From the NCBI RefSeq assembly GCF_006345805.1, contig NC_043002.1, positions 37,510,001 through 37,574,000 on the forward strand: a stretch of DNA of 64,000 nucleotides, read 5' to 3'. This DNA is from Octopus sinensis (Eukaryota). Below the pieces are notes generated by a model. The model was not told where the DNA came from, searched no databases, and saw only the letters and a list, made by a program, of their open reading frames with translations. Positions 1 to 12,293 of the stretch are shown here, piece after piece (position 1 is the stretch's first letter; each line of letters starts with the position of its first letter). Position numbers and translations under genes: made by a program.

Positions 1-21
1 AGCAGTATATCGGATGCAGGT

Positions 22-360
22 CATCATCATCATCATCGTTTAACGTCCGCTTTCCATGCTAGCATGTGTTGGATGATTTGACTGAGGTCTGGCGAACCAG
101 ATGGCTGCACCTGGTTCCAATCTGATCTGGCAGAGTTTCTACAGATGGATGCCCTTCCTAATGCCAACCACCCCGAGAGTGTAGTGGGTGCTTTTACATG
201 CCACCGGCATGAGGGCCAGTCAGGCAGTACTGGCAATGGCCACACTCAAATGGTGCTTTTTATGTGCCACCTCCACAGGAGCCAATCCAGCGGCACTGGC
301 AACGACCTCACTCAAATGTTTTTTCACATGCCACCAGCACAAGTGCCAGTAAAGCGACGC
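22..360 (-). mobile_element. RTE-dependent non-autonomous retroposon/SINE with (TGA)n tail; further copies ~6916-7190(-), ~23546-23920(-), ~25975-26230(-), ~39235-39460(+)
   Basis: Same sequence recurs at 5 loci (catcatcgtttaacgtccg..ttccatgct; ggatgcccttcctaa..ccaaccac; internal gtgctttt(t)a..tgccacc repeats). Both ends match the RTE remnant at 41680-43630. Confidence 0.8.
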
Positions 361-760
361 AGGTAAAGTAAAGCAGCGCAGGTAAAGTAAAGTGACATGC
401 ATCATTAACCAGCTAGAGGAAATGTCCTCTTGGGGTTAAAAATTAGCAGTAACGTCCATTTGAATGGAATCACCATGTTGAAGTGGTGTCAAATATTACT
501 TATATGGACATCAATATATGCATATAGTGAAGGCATGTGTTTTAATGGTAAGGATATCCAGCTCATAATTATAAGGTTATGAGTTCAATTTCCAGTGACA
601 GTTACATATATATCCTTAATATTAATCTCAAGGATGAAACAGTGTAGGGCAATATACAAAAAAGCTGGATCTTTGAATTACAGAAAATCTCATCAAACAG
701 GCTTTTGATATGGTTTCTGTTCATCAAAACTCATCCACAAACTTTGGGTTGACCTACGGT

Positions 761-942
761 CAGGAGTGTAGCTAGGAATAGGGGTAAGTGGGAATGATCC
801 ATCTGGATGAAGCTTTTATGGAGAGGGGTCACTTTTAGGCCTGCTGTATAAGCTTGTATAGGCTTTAGAGAATGGAAGTTAGATAGGAAGATAGCAAACT
901 AAAGGGCTGCCCTAAACAGTACAAAATCTAGTTACACAACTA
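761..942. mobile_element. Probable degenerate MITE
   Basis: Imperfect TIRs caggagtgtagctag / ctagttacacaacta; no convincing TSD. Confidence 0.35.
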
Positions 943-2335
943 CCCATGACAGAATCCCCTTTTCTGATGTCAATCCTGTTTAGTGACCTTTCTTATGACA
1001 TGCAGGAATATCAGTACAGACATGAGGTCAAAGTTCAAAGCTGTTTCAGTTATGATCCTCCTTTCTTTTTTGTGCTTCATTTCAGGGACAACAATAGTGT
1101 TCAATGTTTCTTTGTATATTCAAAATAGTGAGGTGTGATTTGAGGGAAACTTCTTTGCTCTATCTAGTGGGCAGGTAAAGAGCCCACATTTCTCAAATAT
1201 ATTCGTGTATGTTTTGAAGTGAAATCACAACAACCAAGAATGTAAGAAAAACAACATGCTGCATTCCTGATTGATCATGAGTCTACTACTACTGCTTCTG
1301 CTGCTGTTACTACTGCTGTTACTACTGCTACTACTACTACTACTACTATTACTATCACCACCACCATGCCCTTCCTCTCTACTGCAACTGCCACCATAAT
1401 CCCTCTACCACACCTGCTGCCACCACCACCATCACCACCACCACCACCACCACTACTGTCATCACCAATAGCACCACCACTACTACTACTACTGTGCCAC
1501 ATTCACCACAACAGATCGTCAGGTAAACTATACAGACATGTACACATGCACATACTCATGCACACACACACACACATGCATGTGAATTGAAACTGATGTT
1601 AAAATGCTGAAATATTAGTAACTGTATTTTCCAGACAGCATGAAATGTTTATAATGACTATCAACAACATGCATCTTGGAAAGAGAAAGAGCAGCTGAAC
1701 TTTTAAGTTTAAAAGAAAGCTCCATAAAGATGTTAGGGGCTTGTTTACTTTACCCATCCTCTCCACTCTCACTTTTTATGTGGTACTGCTGCTCTACATT
1801 TTCTCTGAAGTTCTTTGCTATGCATTAGGTAATCATGAACTACCTAGCATACTTATACACGCATCTATATCAATTCTATGAATAATGTAGAACAAATACA
1901 AGTTCCCCCTGTGTATGGTGTATTTTCTAAATGTTTTGTATCTACTTTATGCAGTTCAGCAAGATCAGACATTTACAAGGGATATTGCAGTTTTAGAACT
2001 TAATACAAACGTGGGCAATCATTTTTTGTGAAGCACTACACCACTTTGAGAAGGCTTCATACTTAAAACACTTCAAGGTAATTTTTCATTGGGTGTGCCA
2101 TTCAGAAAACCTTAGGGCTACATAATAGATCTAATAACTTCAACTAAGACATATTTGAAGCTTTATTCCAGCTGGGCTGTTATTTTTGTTGTTGCTGTTG
2201 TTGGCTAGCTTCCATTTATTTCCTATGTGCAGCAATCCCCCAAATCATGTTTTCCAGTGTGTCCTTTAAGTTGATCTATGATTTAAGAGAGATATAGCTG
2301 CTGCTTTTAGTAAGTTGAACCACTACTTAGAGAAT

Positions 2336-2752
2336 ATATATTAGCAACGGAGGCTGTATTAACACTGAGAGATAATACTTATTCCCACCTAAATGTGGAT
2401 GTTCTGTTAGAACAAACTTTTCTGCAGTAGAAACTCTCATATAGGCTTTTGGTGCAAAATGCATGCTTGTTTATATCACTAGCAGGGAGATAAATCCTCA
2501 CCATCTACAGCACCAAGACCACTAGATCATGTGATTTCGACCTTTCTTGGTCTTGTCAATGGTGGATACTTGACCACTAGAAATAGCAGTGGCTCTTTCC
2601 CCCTCCAGCAACATATAGGAAAACAGTACCAAAAACAGGTGCCACAGTTAGCCAGTGAGTTTGTTAAATAACATATATTAGTGACAGAGACAGTATTATT
2701 ATTGAGAGGTAATATTTATCCCCACTTAAATGTAGATGTTCTATTAGAACAA
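2336..2752 (-). mobile_element. Retrozyme-like / Penelope-related non-autonomous element with 80-bp terminal direct repeats
   Basis: 2336-2415 and 2673-2752 align ungapped with 14/80 mismatches. Flanked by ttagagaat/ttagagtat (TSD-like). Internal HHR motif. Confidence 0.65.
2519..2565 (-). ncRNA. Degenerate minimal type I hammerhead ribozyme
   Basis: Minus strand: ccacca|ttgacaa|gacc-aagaaa-ggtc|gaaa|tcacatga|tc|tagtgg = stem I / CUGANGA (2 changes) / stem II / GAAA / near-palindromic stem III / UH / stem I'. Confidence 0.65.
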
Positions 2753-3616
2753 TTAGAGTATTCCACATTGGTTTATTTAAAGATTGGTATAAAGAATTGC
2801 TATTCATCAGTTTTCAGGTAAAGTACAATGCTTTGCAACAAGATCTGAATGCATATTTAATTACACATTTCTACATTGTTTTCTTTGTTAAAACAGAGGC
2901 GGAAAATCTTTTTTATGTTGGAAGGTGGTACTGAAGTTTACTACCAACTGACAAGGTTGCATTGAAGTTAATTGCCTTCTGACAAAGCAATGTCGCAAAA
3001 ACAATTTTATAGTAGTGATCCTATTATTTTACAGAATATAATTATTTGTAAGAACTCTTAGAAAATGTGGAAAAGGTGGAGCTTCGGAATAAGCATCTCC
3101 ATAACAACTATTTTATGGTTTTTCTTTCTGAAAATTTCTTTAGATTTCTGTTTTAATTATAATTACATTAAACAAGTAATTACAAGTGTAGATAAAGAAA
3201 TATAAATAGGAGTTTATTGAATTCACAGTTAGTTGAAAAGACCTACTATGTTTAACCTTTTATTTGTTTCACTGTGGCCATGCTGGAGCACTGCCTTGAT
3301 GGGTTTTGTTGAATAAATCAACTCTAGTACTGATTTTTTTTTTGTTAAGTCTGATACTTATTTTATTGGTGTCTACTTGCCAAACTGTTAATGCATAGCA
3401 TTCATCAGCTCAGGGCTATGGTAGAAGACACTTGTCCAAGGAGTCACCCCTGTGGGTCTGAACTCAAAATCCTTATGGTTGCAAAGCAAGCTTCTTAACC
3501 ACATGACTATGTCTATATATAGTATGTGATGTCCAGATATCAAATTTCTTACATCCTAATTTACAATTATAACAAAAATTACAATAACCATTTCATCCTT
3601 GATATTAAAACCAAAG

Positions 3617-3835
3617 AGGGTGGCAAGCTGGCTGAATCGTTGGTACACCAGACAAAATGCTTAGTTGCATTTTATCCATCTTTATGTTCTGAGTTCAAGT
3701 TCCACTGAGGTCGACTTTGCCTTTCATCCTTGTGGGGTCAATAAAATTAGTACTAGTTGAGCACTGGTGTCAATGTAATCAACTAACCCTTTCCCCTGGT
3801 ATTTCTGGCCTTGTGCTAAAATTTGAAACCAATAT
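3617..3835 (+). mobile_element. tRNA-headed SINE with a Meta-domain-like body; many other copies (~3965-4180-, 16085-16265+, 16430-16650-, 18878-19480+, 31297-31590-, 45565-45770-, 58020-58210+, 58270-58470+)
   Basis: Recurrent ggcaagctggc.gaatcgtt...gagttcaaattc (A/B-box-like) followed by gactttgcctttcatcctt..gggtc.ataaatta.gtaccag. The domain name is from memory of MetaSINE/Sauria-type cores. Confidence 0.8.
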
Positions 3836-4205
3836 TAGGATCAAAGCAAAGATATCTTACAATACAAGAAAAGCTTATTGTTTTAAAATAATTTTTTCTT
3901 CATAATGAAAACCTTGTACTAAAGTAGCTGCTGTAAAATTATAGAAAAAAAGGAAAAATAAATAATTTCTACCTTAGGCACAAAGCACACAAATTGTAGG
4001 TGGAATGTATTTGAATATATCAATCCAGGTACTGGACTGGATCATTTTTTATCAATGAATAGTTTATAGGTAAAACCAAGCAGACAGATTTTGAACTTAA
4101 AGTGTAAAGGAATGTAATAAAATATGATCAGGCACTATTTTTTTTTCATCTGGTACTATATTAATTTTGCCAACCTACCATCTTTAAACTATTTCAAAGT
4201 TCAGC

Positions 4206-4597
4206 CCTTGTTTTAGTGTAGTGGCTTGTGTCTGAATGGACGTGAGAGCAATGCCAGCAAAGTACAAGTTCCTCATAGGACTTCCCATATTGGACAGGTC
4301 AAAGGATAGAGGTCAGACTAATATACAGCACTGCTTCACAAAGGTAAAAATGGGTTTGCATAGGGCTAACACACCTACTAAGAAAAAGTTAAAGAAGCAT
4401 TGCTGACAATTAAAAACCAACAAGAACTAGGAGAGGAAAACCTTCCGCCAGGGAAACATATGACACAGTGCAGCAAAATCTGAAAAGGAAAATCAAGGAT
4501 TGAACTGGAGAGAAACAGGAAAGAAAGCCTAGAGCTGGGAACAGAGAAGAAAAGCCATTAATGGCCTATGCTCCATGGGAAGCAAAGTAGTAAGTAC
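4206..4597 (+). mobile_element. Internally deleted (5'UTR + 3' end) RTE-clade element; second copy ~23049-23356
   Basis: Two homologous copies sharing ggac(a/c)ggtcaaagga..gag..agactaata and aggtaaaaatgggtttgcataggg. 3' end atggcctatgctccatgggaagcaaa+taag resembles RTE/SR2-type termini (GLCS.GS). Confidence 0.6.
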
Positions 4598-4622
4598 TTT
4601 AAATAGTAAGTACCATGCTTAA

Positions 4623-4839
4623 CCCTGTAGCATTTAAACCGGCCTTATCCAGCCAAAATATTCTGCTTGCTTTATGTTCAAACTGGACAGATTCAGCCTC
4701 TCACACCTACCCAAGCATGTCCTTCTAAAAATATACAATCATATCATCGAAATCTCAAAGCTACAAGATATCTGATTAATTCAAAACAATGTGAATAAAT
4801 AAACATTAGATTTGATAAAATAATCTGAATGCTAAATGG
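4623..4839. mobile_element. piggyBac-type MITE family A; other copies 20497-20715, ~19483-19695, partial ~8095-8202 and ~37222-37367
   Basis: TTAA|ccctgtagcatt ... aatgctaaatgg|ttat; internal sequence shared with the other copies. Confidence 0.75.
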
Positions 4840-4889
4840 TTATTTCTTGCTCAGTATTTAAATCAACTTGAGAGCCTTAATGTAGTCTT

Positions 4890-5080
4890 CAAGCTGCAAA
4901 AATTGCAGCCAGATCTCCCTCAAATCATATCTCACTATCTTAGAAAAGATACATTGGATAATGTATTTTGGAATCATTTGTGCTTATGGAAAAGAAGGGC
5001 AGTCATAGCTGGAATACCTTTGATCACAGATATGCTGGACTTGGGCATACCTGGGGCTAAACAACAAGAATGACAATAAC
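4890..5080 (+). repeat. Old dispersed repeat with (CAA)n-like tail; fragments also ~1020-1170, 21520-21870, 23440-24010, 24480-24660, 31205-31295, 44620-44800, 46160-46440, 57580-57780
   Basis: Recurring motifs tagaaatagcagccaaatctccctcaaatca and ggaatgcctttgatca...ggctaaacaacaa. Confidence 0.65.
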
Positions 5081-5512
5081 AACACAAACAATATTAAATG
5101 TAGATGCACACCCAATTGGATAATGGTAAACAGAGTCTTATACTATTTGTATCCATGTATTTTATTGATTCCAGGCTTTACAGAATATCAGTCAACCACA
5201 CAGAAAAACACACATATACATATATTCTAGCACATATACTATACAAATTAAAGAAGAGTCTTTGGATAGGCAAACAAACTCAATTGCCATGAAGAGTAGA
5301 GAAAATCTGAAGTTACTACTTGCTAAGCAAACAGTGCCTTTGGTTTCTTTTATTCTACGTTAAAGGGCAGCAACCTGAAATGTTAAAATTTCTACTCTTC
5401 ATGGCCAGTAAATTTATATGATGTTCAAAGGTGTCTTCTTTTGATATAATTTTATTGACACAAACCCTCTTCAGGTTCTTTGGATTAAGGATTTGATATT
5501 ATATCTGTGTAT

Positions 5513-5543
<31 letters not shown>

Positions 5544-5587
5544 CCATCCATACATCCATCCATCCATCCACACACACACACACATAT

Positions 5588-6219
5588 TTATATAAGTATA
5601 TATATATAAAATTTAGATTATCAGAAAATGGAGAGAACTTCAAACAACCTGGTTCCCCTTTATATAGAAATAACCTGTAAATATTTCCCTAGACCACTGC
5701 TAGTTCACCCTTTTGCCTATCGACTTCAAGCTCTACACTGGAAGATGGTATGATTTTAATATAGTGAACCTTCCGGCCTCTTCTCAAGGCCCTGTTCTTT
5801 CCTCTTCCCTTCATTCATTTTATTTTACACATTTGTATTCACTAGGATGAAGCTCCATGTACTAGATCGAATGTGCTATGAAGTTGACGAATATTATTTT
5901 CGCAATTTCTTTCGCAAGCACTGACTAATATTAGAAGCGGAAATGGCAGTAAGAAATGTTATGTAATGTTTTGGATTAAAAAATAATCAACCGATGTGGT
6001 TTGATTTGTTTGTTTGTTGATCAAGGGTTTTCTCCATTTTCTGATTATTTTAATTTGATTCCTGATAAACTTTTGTTTATTCTGTTGTTACCTGTACCCT
6101 ATGAGCATAGTGTGCTTGCATATTCATGCCCAGGGATAGCACAGGTAATTGATACCGATAGTAAATACGGATATTTTATCCCTTAGTCTGTTACTATAAC
6201 CATTAACTCTGCTTACCTC
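5588..6219. mobile_element. Penelope-like terminal fragment(s) embedded in (TA)n
   Basis: Flanked by TA repeats. Terminus aaatttagattatcag resembles the termini at ~33625-33640 (rc) and 51284. Degenerate long-stem HHR-like fold at 5837-5958. Confidence 0.4.
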
Positions 6220-6344
6220 ATATATATATATATATATATATACTTATATATATGTATACATATGTATGCACACATATAAAGATGTATTTATATGTTTGTA
6301 TGTGTGTATATTTATATACATTGAAGTATATGTGTTTGTGTGAG

Positions 6345-6386
<42 letters not shown>

Positions 6387-7370
6387 TACACAATACACAT
6401 ACACCACAAACATATGCATGCACACACACACACACATACGTGCACACTCATATGTATTGTACGTATATAAATATAAGCCAGCATAGAAGTTTATTACATT
6501 AATTATTGAGTTATACAGGCATAGTGAGATAGTGATATAATTTGGTTTGAATGGTTCCTTAAATAGCTAAATGAAGATGTGAATTAGTAGATTAGCAGTT
6601 AATGTAAACCCATTCATACATTGTATATAAAGGCAATCATAAGAGAAATGAAAACTATATTAGCAATGTTCACATTAATAACGGTACAAACTAATAGCCT
6701 ATGTATGATAAATCTTTGCTATATTAGGTTCTCACACTATTAATATAAATATGTGGTGATGTATAAGAACACAAGACAAGCAAAGGTATTTATATTACTG
6801 ATTGATATCATTATCCTTACTGTAAAATTGAGTTCTTACTGTGACACAACAGATTTTATAGAGGATGGCTTAGGAATTGGGAAATATGAAGTAATTGCTT
6901 TTACTCAGGTGTGCTATCATCATCATCCTCATCATCGTTTAACGTCCGTTTTCCATGCTAGTATGGGTTGAACGGTTCGACTGGGGTCTGGGAAGCCAGG
7001 AGGCTGCACCAGGCTCCAGTCTAATCTGGCAGTGTTTCTACAGCTGGATGCCCTTCCTAACACTAACCACTCCGTGAGTGTAGTGGGTGCTTTTTACGTG
7101 CCACTGGCACAGCGGCCAGAGGAGGCTGGCAAATGGCCACGCTCAGTTGGTGCTTTTATGTGTCACCGACACGGACACCAGTCAGGCGGCTAGTGTGAAA
7201 TTCAAAACATTACACAGAATCAGGTTACTTGGGGGCTTTGCTTAACTGGTCATTTATCTCTTGTTTTGCAGTGCTATCTCTTATCCCTTACTTGTTTCTG
7301 TCATTGGAATGCTGTCATGCTGGAGCCCCACATCGAGGGGATTCAGTCAGAAAAAGAAAAAAAATTAAAT

Positions 7371-7749
7371 TACTCTTTTACTTGTTTCAGTTATTTGACT
7401 GCAGCCATGCTGAAGCACTGCCTTTAGTCGAGGAAATCGACCCCAGGACTTATTCTTTGTAAGCCTAGTACTTATTCTATTGGTCTATTTTGCCAAAACG
7501 CTAAGTTAGGGGGACGTAAACACACCAGCATCGGTTGTCAAGTGATGTTGGGGGGACAAACACACACACACATATATACATATATACGACGGGTTTCTTT
7601 CAGTTTCCGTCTACCATAACCACTCACAAAGCTTTGGTCGGCCCGAGGCTATAGTAGAAGACACTTACCCAAGGTGCCATGCAGTGGAACTGAACCCAGA
7701 ACCATGTGGTTGGTAAACAAGCTACTTACCACACAGCCACTCCTGCGCC
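7371..7749 (-). mobile_element. Dominant tRNA-derived SINE (~400 bp, internal TA/TG microsatellite, (GTAAAAGA)n tail), near full length
   Basis: Head ggcgcaggagtggctgtgtggtaag (A box), gggttcagttcc (B box); high similarity to copies at 19874, 33824, 50451, 54841. Confidence 0.9.
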
Positions 7750-8499
7750 TATTCAGTACTTTTTTTTTAAAGTATGGTATTTTATTATTCTGCTAAGTTA
7801 TGGGGATGTAAACAAACTAGCACCAATTATCAAGTTTGTCAAGTGGTATGGTGGAGTGGTGAGGAGGTGAAGAACAAACACAAACATAAACACACAAACA
7901 CATGCATGCACTCCACCCCACACACATACATGAGCTTTTTCGATTCCTGTCTACCAAATCCACTCACTAGGCTTTGGTCAGCACCTGAGGCTATTGTAGA
8001 AAACACTCACCTAAGGTGCCATGCAGTGAGACTGAACCCAGAATCATGTAGTTGGGAGGCAAGCTTCTTACCACTAAGCCATGCTTGCACTTATGATTGT
8101 ATATTTTAGGGTAGGTGTGAGATGCTGAATCTGGTCAGTTTGAACATGAAACAAGTAAAATATTTTTGCCAAATAAAGTCAGTTTAAATGCTAAAGGGTT
8201 AAGGGCAGGTGAGGGGGCTAAATAACAACAACATCGACAATAACAAATCCTGGGGCAATTTTGGAGTATTTAGTTTTGCTTTTGTTTCCCTAGTAAACTG
8301 ATATAATTATAGGAAATGTATATAATTGCCAGGCACAATCATTAAATGTGGTATCTATTAGTCTATCAAATGTGTTATCTATTAGGCTCAATGTTAATTA
8401 TAAGTATGCTTAATTTCTCTGTTAATTGAAGAATAGTTTCGTTTCTTGAGGTGCTCATTTTATTATGTTAATGATATATCTTTTACTTGCTTCACACTA

Positions 8500-8834
8500 G
8501 TGAAGGCCCTTGGCTCAGTGGTTAGAGCATCTAGCTTACAATTGTGAGGTTGTGAGTTCAAATCCCGGACTGGGTTGCATGTTGTGTTCTTGAGCAAGAC
8601 ACTTTATTTTACATTGTTCCAGTTCACTCAGCTGTAGAAATGAGTTGCAATGTCACAGGTGCCAAGCTGTATCAGCCCTTGTGTTTCCCTTGGATAACAT
8701 CGGTGGTGCGGTGAGGGGTGACTAGTATGCTTGGGCAACTGCTGGTCTTCCATAAATAACTTGCCTGGACTTGTGCCTGGGAGGGTAACTTTCTAGGTGC
8801 AATCCCATGGTCAGTCATGACCGAAGGGGGTTTC
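8500..8834 (+). mobile_element. tRNA-derived SINE with CORE-like middle and a distinct tail, inserted in an older SINE end
   Basis: A box tggctcagtgg, B box gagttcaaatcc, gtgttcttgagcaagacacttt; acttgctt repeated at 8485-8492 and 8839-8846. Confidence 0.75.
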
Positions 8835-9599
8835 AGCAACTTGCTTTAGTCATTGAACTGAGGCCATGCTGGTGCATCTCCTTGAAGGGTTTTAGTCGAA
8901 CAATGTAACCCCAGTATTTTTGTATAAATTCTGGTTGGTATTTGTTCTATCACGTTATGGGAATGTAAGCAATCCAGTACCATTGTTAAGTGGTGATGGA
9001 GAACAGTTACAAACACACACACACACACACACACACACAATGGGCTTCTTTTAGTTTCCATCTACCAAGTCTATTCGCAAAGCTTTAGTCAATCTGGGGT
9101 CATATTGTAGAAAATACATGCCCAAGGAACCATGCAATTAGATTGAAGCAGAAACCATATAATTGAGAAGCATGCTCCAAGTATATTACTTATTTTATAA
9201 ATGTTTTAATCACCTGTATCTAATTTCTATAATTACACATTATTCTGAACTGTAAACAGCTATTTGAATTGTGCAACTGCACACAACTGCACAGTAAACA
9301 ATGTTAATGGCATATTAATGCATGCAAACTTTGGTACATACAAATATACTATGCATTAGATCAAGAAGCAGATGTGTAGAACAAAACATTTAATAGATTA
9401 AACTTGTCATTACTGCTTTGGTTTTTCAATTTTTCTATTTTGATGCAGAAAGCTAATTTTTAGAAAAATTAACTGCTTCACATTGTAAGTGGAGTGAATA
9501 AATACAATGATAATTTTCAAGTTATTACAAAAAAAACCCCAGAAAAATCTCAGTAAACAGTATCTTCATCAAAACTAGTAGATCATATCTGTGAGAGTA

Positions 9600-9715
9600 T
9601 ATGTGTATATATATATATATATATTTATTTGTGTGTGTGTGTATGTGTGTATATATATATATATTTGTGTGTGTGTGTATATATATATATAGATATTTGT
9701 GTGTGTGTGTATGTG

Positions 9716-9787
<72 letters not shown>

Positions 9788-9891
9788 TGTATAGATGGTA
9801 ATATTTTGAAATACGTGTTAATACTTCTGGATATCAGTGAATAGGTGTGTGTGTACATGTGAGTGTATGTGTTGATGTATGTATGGATGTG

Positions 9892-9922
<31 letters not shown>

Positions 9923-9930
9923 TGTGTTAT
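9600..9930. repeat. Compound (TA)n/(TG)n microsatellite; similar tracts at ~6220-6440, 10950-11020, 13625-13720, 14280-14345, 17590-18060, 28130-29040, 30150-30440, 43730-44160, 52150-52310, 53190-53460, 62840-63340
   Basis: Directly visible; these tracts explain the YI/HT/CV-rich ORFs. Confidence 0.95.
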
Positions 9931-10282
9931 GTTTCATAATTTCATTTATTTCTCTTATAATTGATGAAGATTTGCAAATTACTTGTCAGACACGAAATAA
10001 AAAAGTATTGACAATCTGTTAAAAACTCCGATACAAGCCGAACCATGCCTTGTTACATTGGAAAAAAAAAAGAAAAAGAAAAACACTGTTGACAGCAACA
10101 GTGACATACATGCACACACACACACACACACACACACATACATGTAAACTCATACACATACACATTGTATATATATTTTTTCTTCAATTTAACAAAGTAG
10201 TCAGTTCAGCCATAGGATTGTCAATATACTGACAAAAGTGTTGGTGGTGATGCTGTTGTTATTGATGTAACTGCTGTTATTG

Positions 10283-10316
<34 letters not shown>

Positions 10317-10965
10317 TGGTAATGGTGGTAGAATTAAAACAAAAATAATAATAATTATAAAAAGAACTTAAAATAATATCAATAATAAACTAACGACGTT
10401 TACTAAACTCTAAAACGTAGGTAAGGAATAAAAAGAAAATAAATTTGTAACATTGTTGGGGGAAAGTTTTTGTGAGAAAAATGAAATGTACCAAATATCT
10501 GTATATTGAATTTCACTGCAAAATTCTTATTTTACAATCAATAGCGAATGAGATACCATCTCCTGGATATAAGAGGAATTAAATTTCTGTCAAACAGCTC
10601 CTTGCCAATAAATAAAGAAGCAAATAATTAAAAGGTTGTGGAGGTTGGGTGGAGGAGAGAAGCAAGAAGAAAAGGAAGGAGTAGAAAACCCAAAAAAAAC
10701 AAAAAACAAAAAACAAAAACAAAAAAAATCAATCCTCTTTAGCAATTTCTAAAGAAAGTGTTGATTTGAGAAATGTATTAACATATATGTTTGTGTGGTC
10801 CATGTGAGTGTTTGTGTATACATGAAGAAGGATGTGTGTATGTGAGCATGTGTGTATGTGTATATATCTTTATATATACACCTGCATACCATTTGCACAT
10901 ACACAGATATGCACACAAATGTACACTCACATATCCACACACACACACAAACATCTATATATATA

Positions 10966-11021
<56 letters not shown>

Positions 11022-11059
11022 TTATGCATGGTAATGCATGTGTATCTGTACATAAATTA

Positions 11060-11600
11060 TCTATGCATCGCTGTTCAGAAAACATCTTCTAATGGAATTA
11101 AGCCAATGTCATTTCCTTCAACAGTAAAATGACACAATCATGTCAAACCGGAGCATGTGACGGTGAGACCTTGTATTTGAAACCCTTATGAGTGCTCTGG
11201 TTGAATTCTGTTTTATATTGATGAGAATGACATGGCAAATCGCTGTTCATAGATACAATGTAGATTTATGTGTAATGTCTAGGCTGCATGTGGATGGATG
11301 ATGTTTTGGTGTGGAAAGCTGGAGAGAAATGGAATGTGGTATTATTTTCATAGAAGTGAGCGTTATTGGAAGTGACAGTAAGTCAATGATGTATAGAAAA
11401 AGAGTTTGAGATAGAAAATTGAACCCTGGAGTACACCAGATGTGTTGTGTGTATAGGGTTGAGTTTGTGTAGCCAACATCATAAGAAAATGCTCCGACAG
11501 GAAGCCACCAATCAGATATGATGGCGCCTATAGGAGGACAATTTTGACAGGAGATTCATGTGCCAGATGTTCAGAAAGACTTGTTGATATTTGGTAGAAA
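11060..11600 (-). pseudogene. Decayed LINE reverse transcriptase fragment (CR1/L2/Jockey group)
   Basis: Minus-strand translation gives INKSF..IWHMNLLSK, IGGFLSE, NTSGVLQGSIF (cf. DI.KAFD.VWH..LL.KL and SGVPQGS), with frameshifts. Confidence 0.7.
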
Positions 11601-11929
11601 AGGAAGAAGTGTAGGTAACATCCACACAATATACAAGACTATTTTAAAATAAAGGATCTATCTATCTATCTATCAATCTATCTTTCTATCTATCTGTCTG
11701 TCTGTCTGTCTGTCTGCCTGTTTGTCTGCTCATTTCTTTCTCTCTCTGTTTGATACACACACACACACTCTCTCTCTCCCTCTCTCCAGCTATCTATCTA
11801 TTTATGCCTCTGTGTGTGTGTGTGTGTGTGTGTGTGCACGCATGCATGTGTGTGTATGTGTATATATATATATATATATACATACATACAAACACACATA
11901 TATGTGTGTGTGCGTGTATATATATATGT

Positions 11930-12238
11930 GTGGAGGCGCAATGGCCCAGTGGTTAGGGCAGCGGACTCGCAGTCGTAGGATCGCAATTTCGATTCCCAGA
12001 CTGGGCGTTGTGAGTAATTATTGAGCGCAAACACCTAAAGCTCCATGAGGCTCCGACAGGGGATGGTGGCGAGCCCTGCTGTACTCTTTCGCCACAACTT
12101 TCTCTCACTCTATTTTCTGTTGGCCTGCTTGCTTAGCCAGTGGGGTGGCATCATTTGAAGGTTAAAACAATGTGAAGCACATTGTGACCAGCGATGTGTA
12201 ACAACATCTGATAGCCTGGTCGGTCACGGTGATCACGA

Positions 12239-12243
<5 letters not shown>
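11930..12243 (+). mobile_element. tRNA-derived SINE (gtggaggcgcaatggcccagtgg head), tail type 1
   Basis: A box tggcccagtgg, B-box-like tttcgattcc; head and body shared with the copies ending at 13621, 31990 and 48298. Confidence 0.85.

Positions 12244-12293
<50 letters not shown>

Noticed and set aside
11930-12005. Functional tRNA genes at SINE heads
   Set aside because: No complete cloverleaf; each continues into a SINE body.
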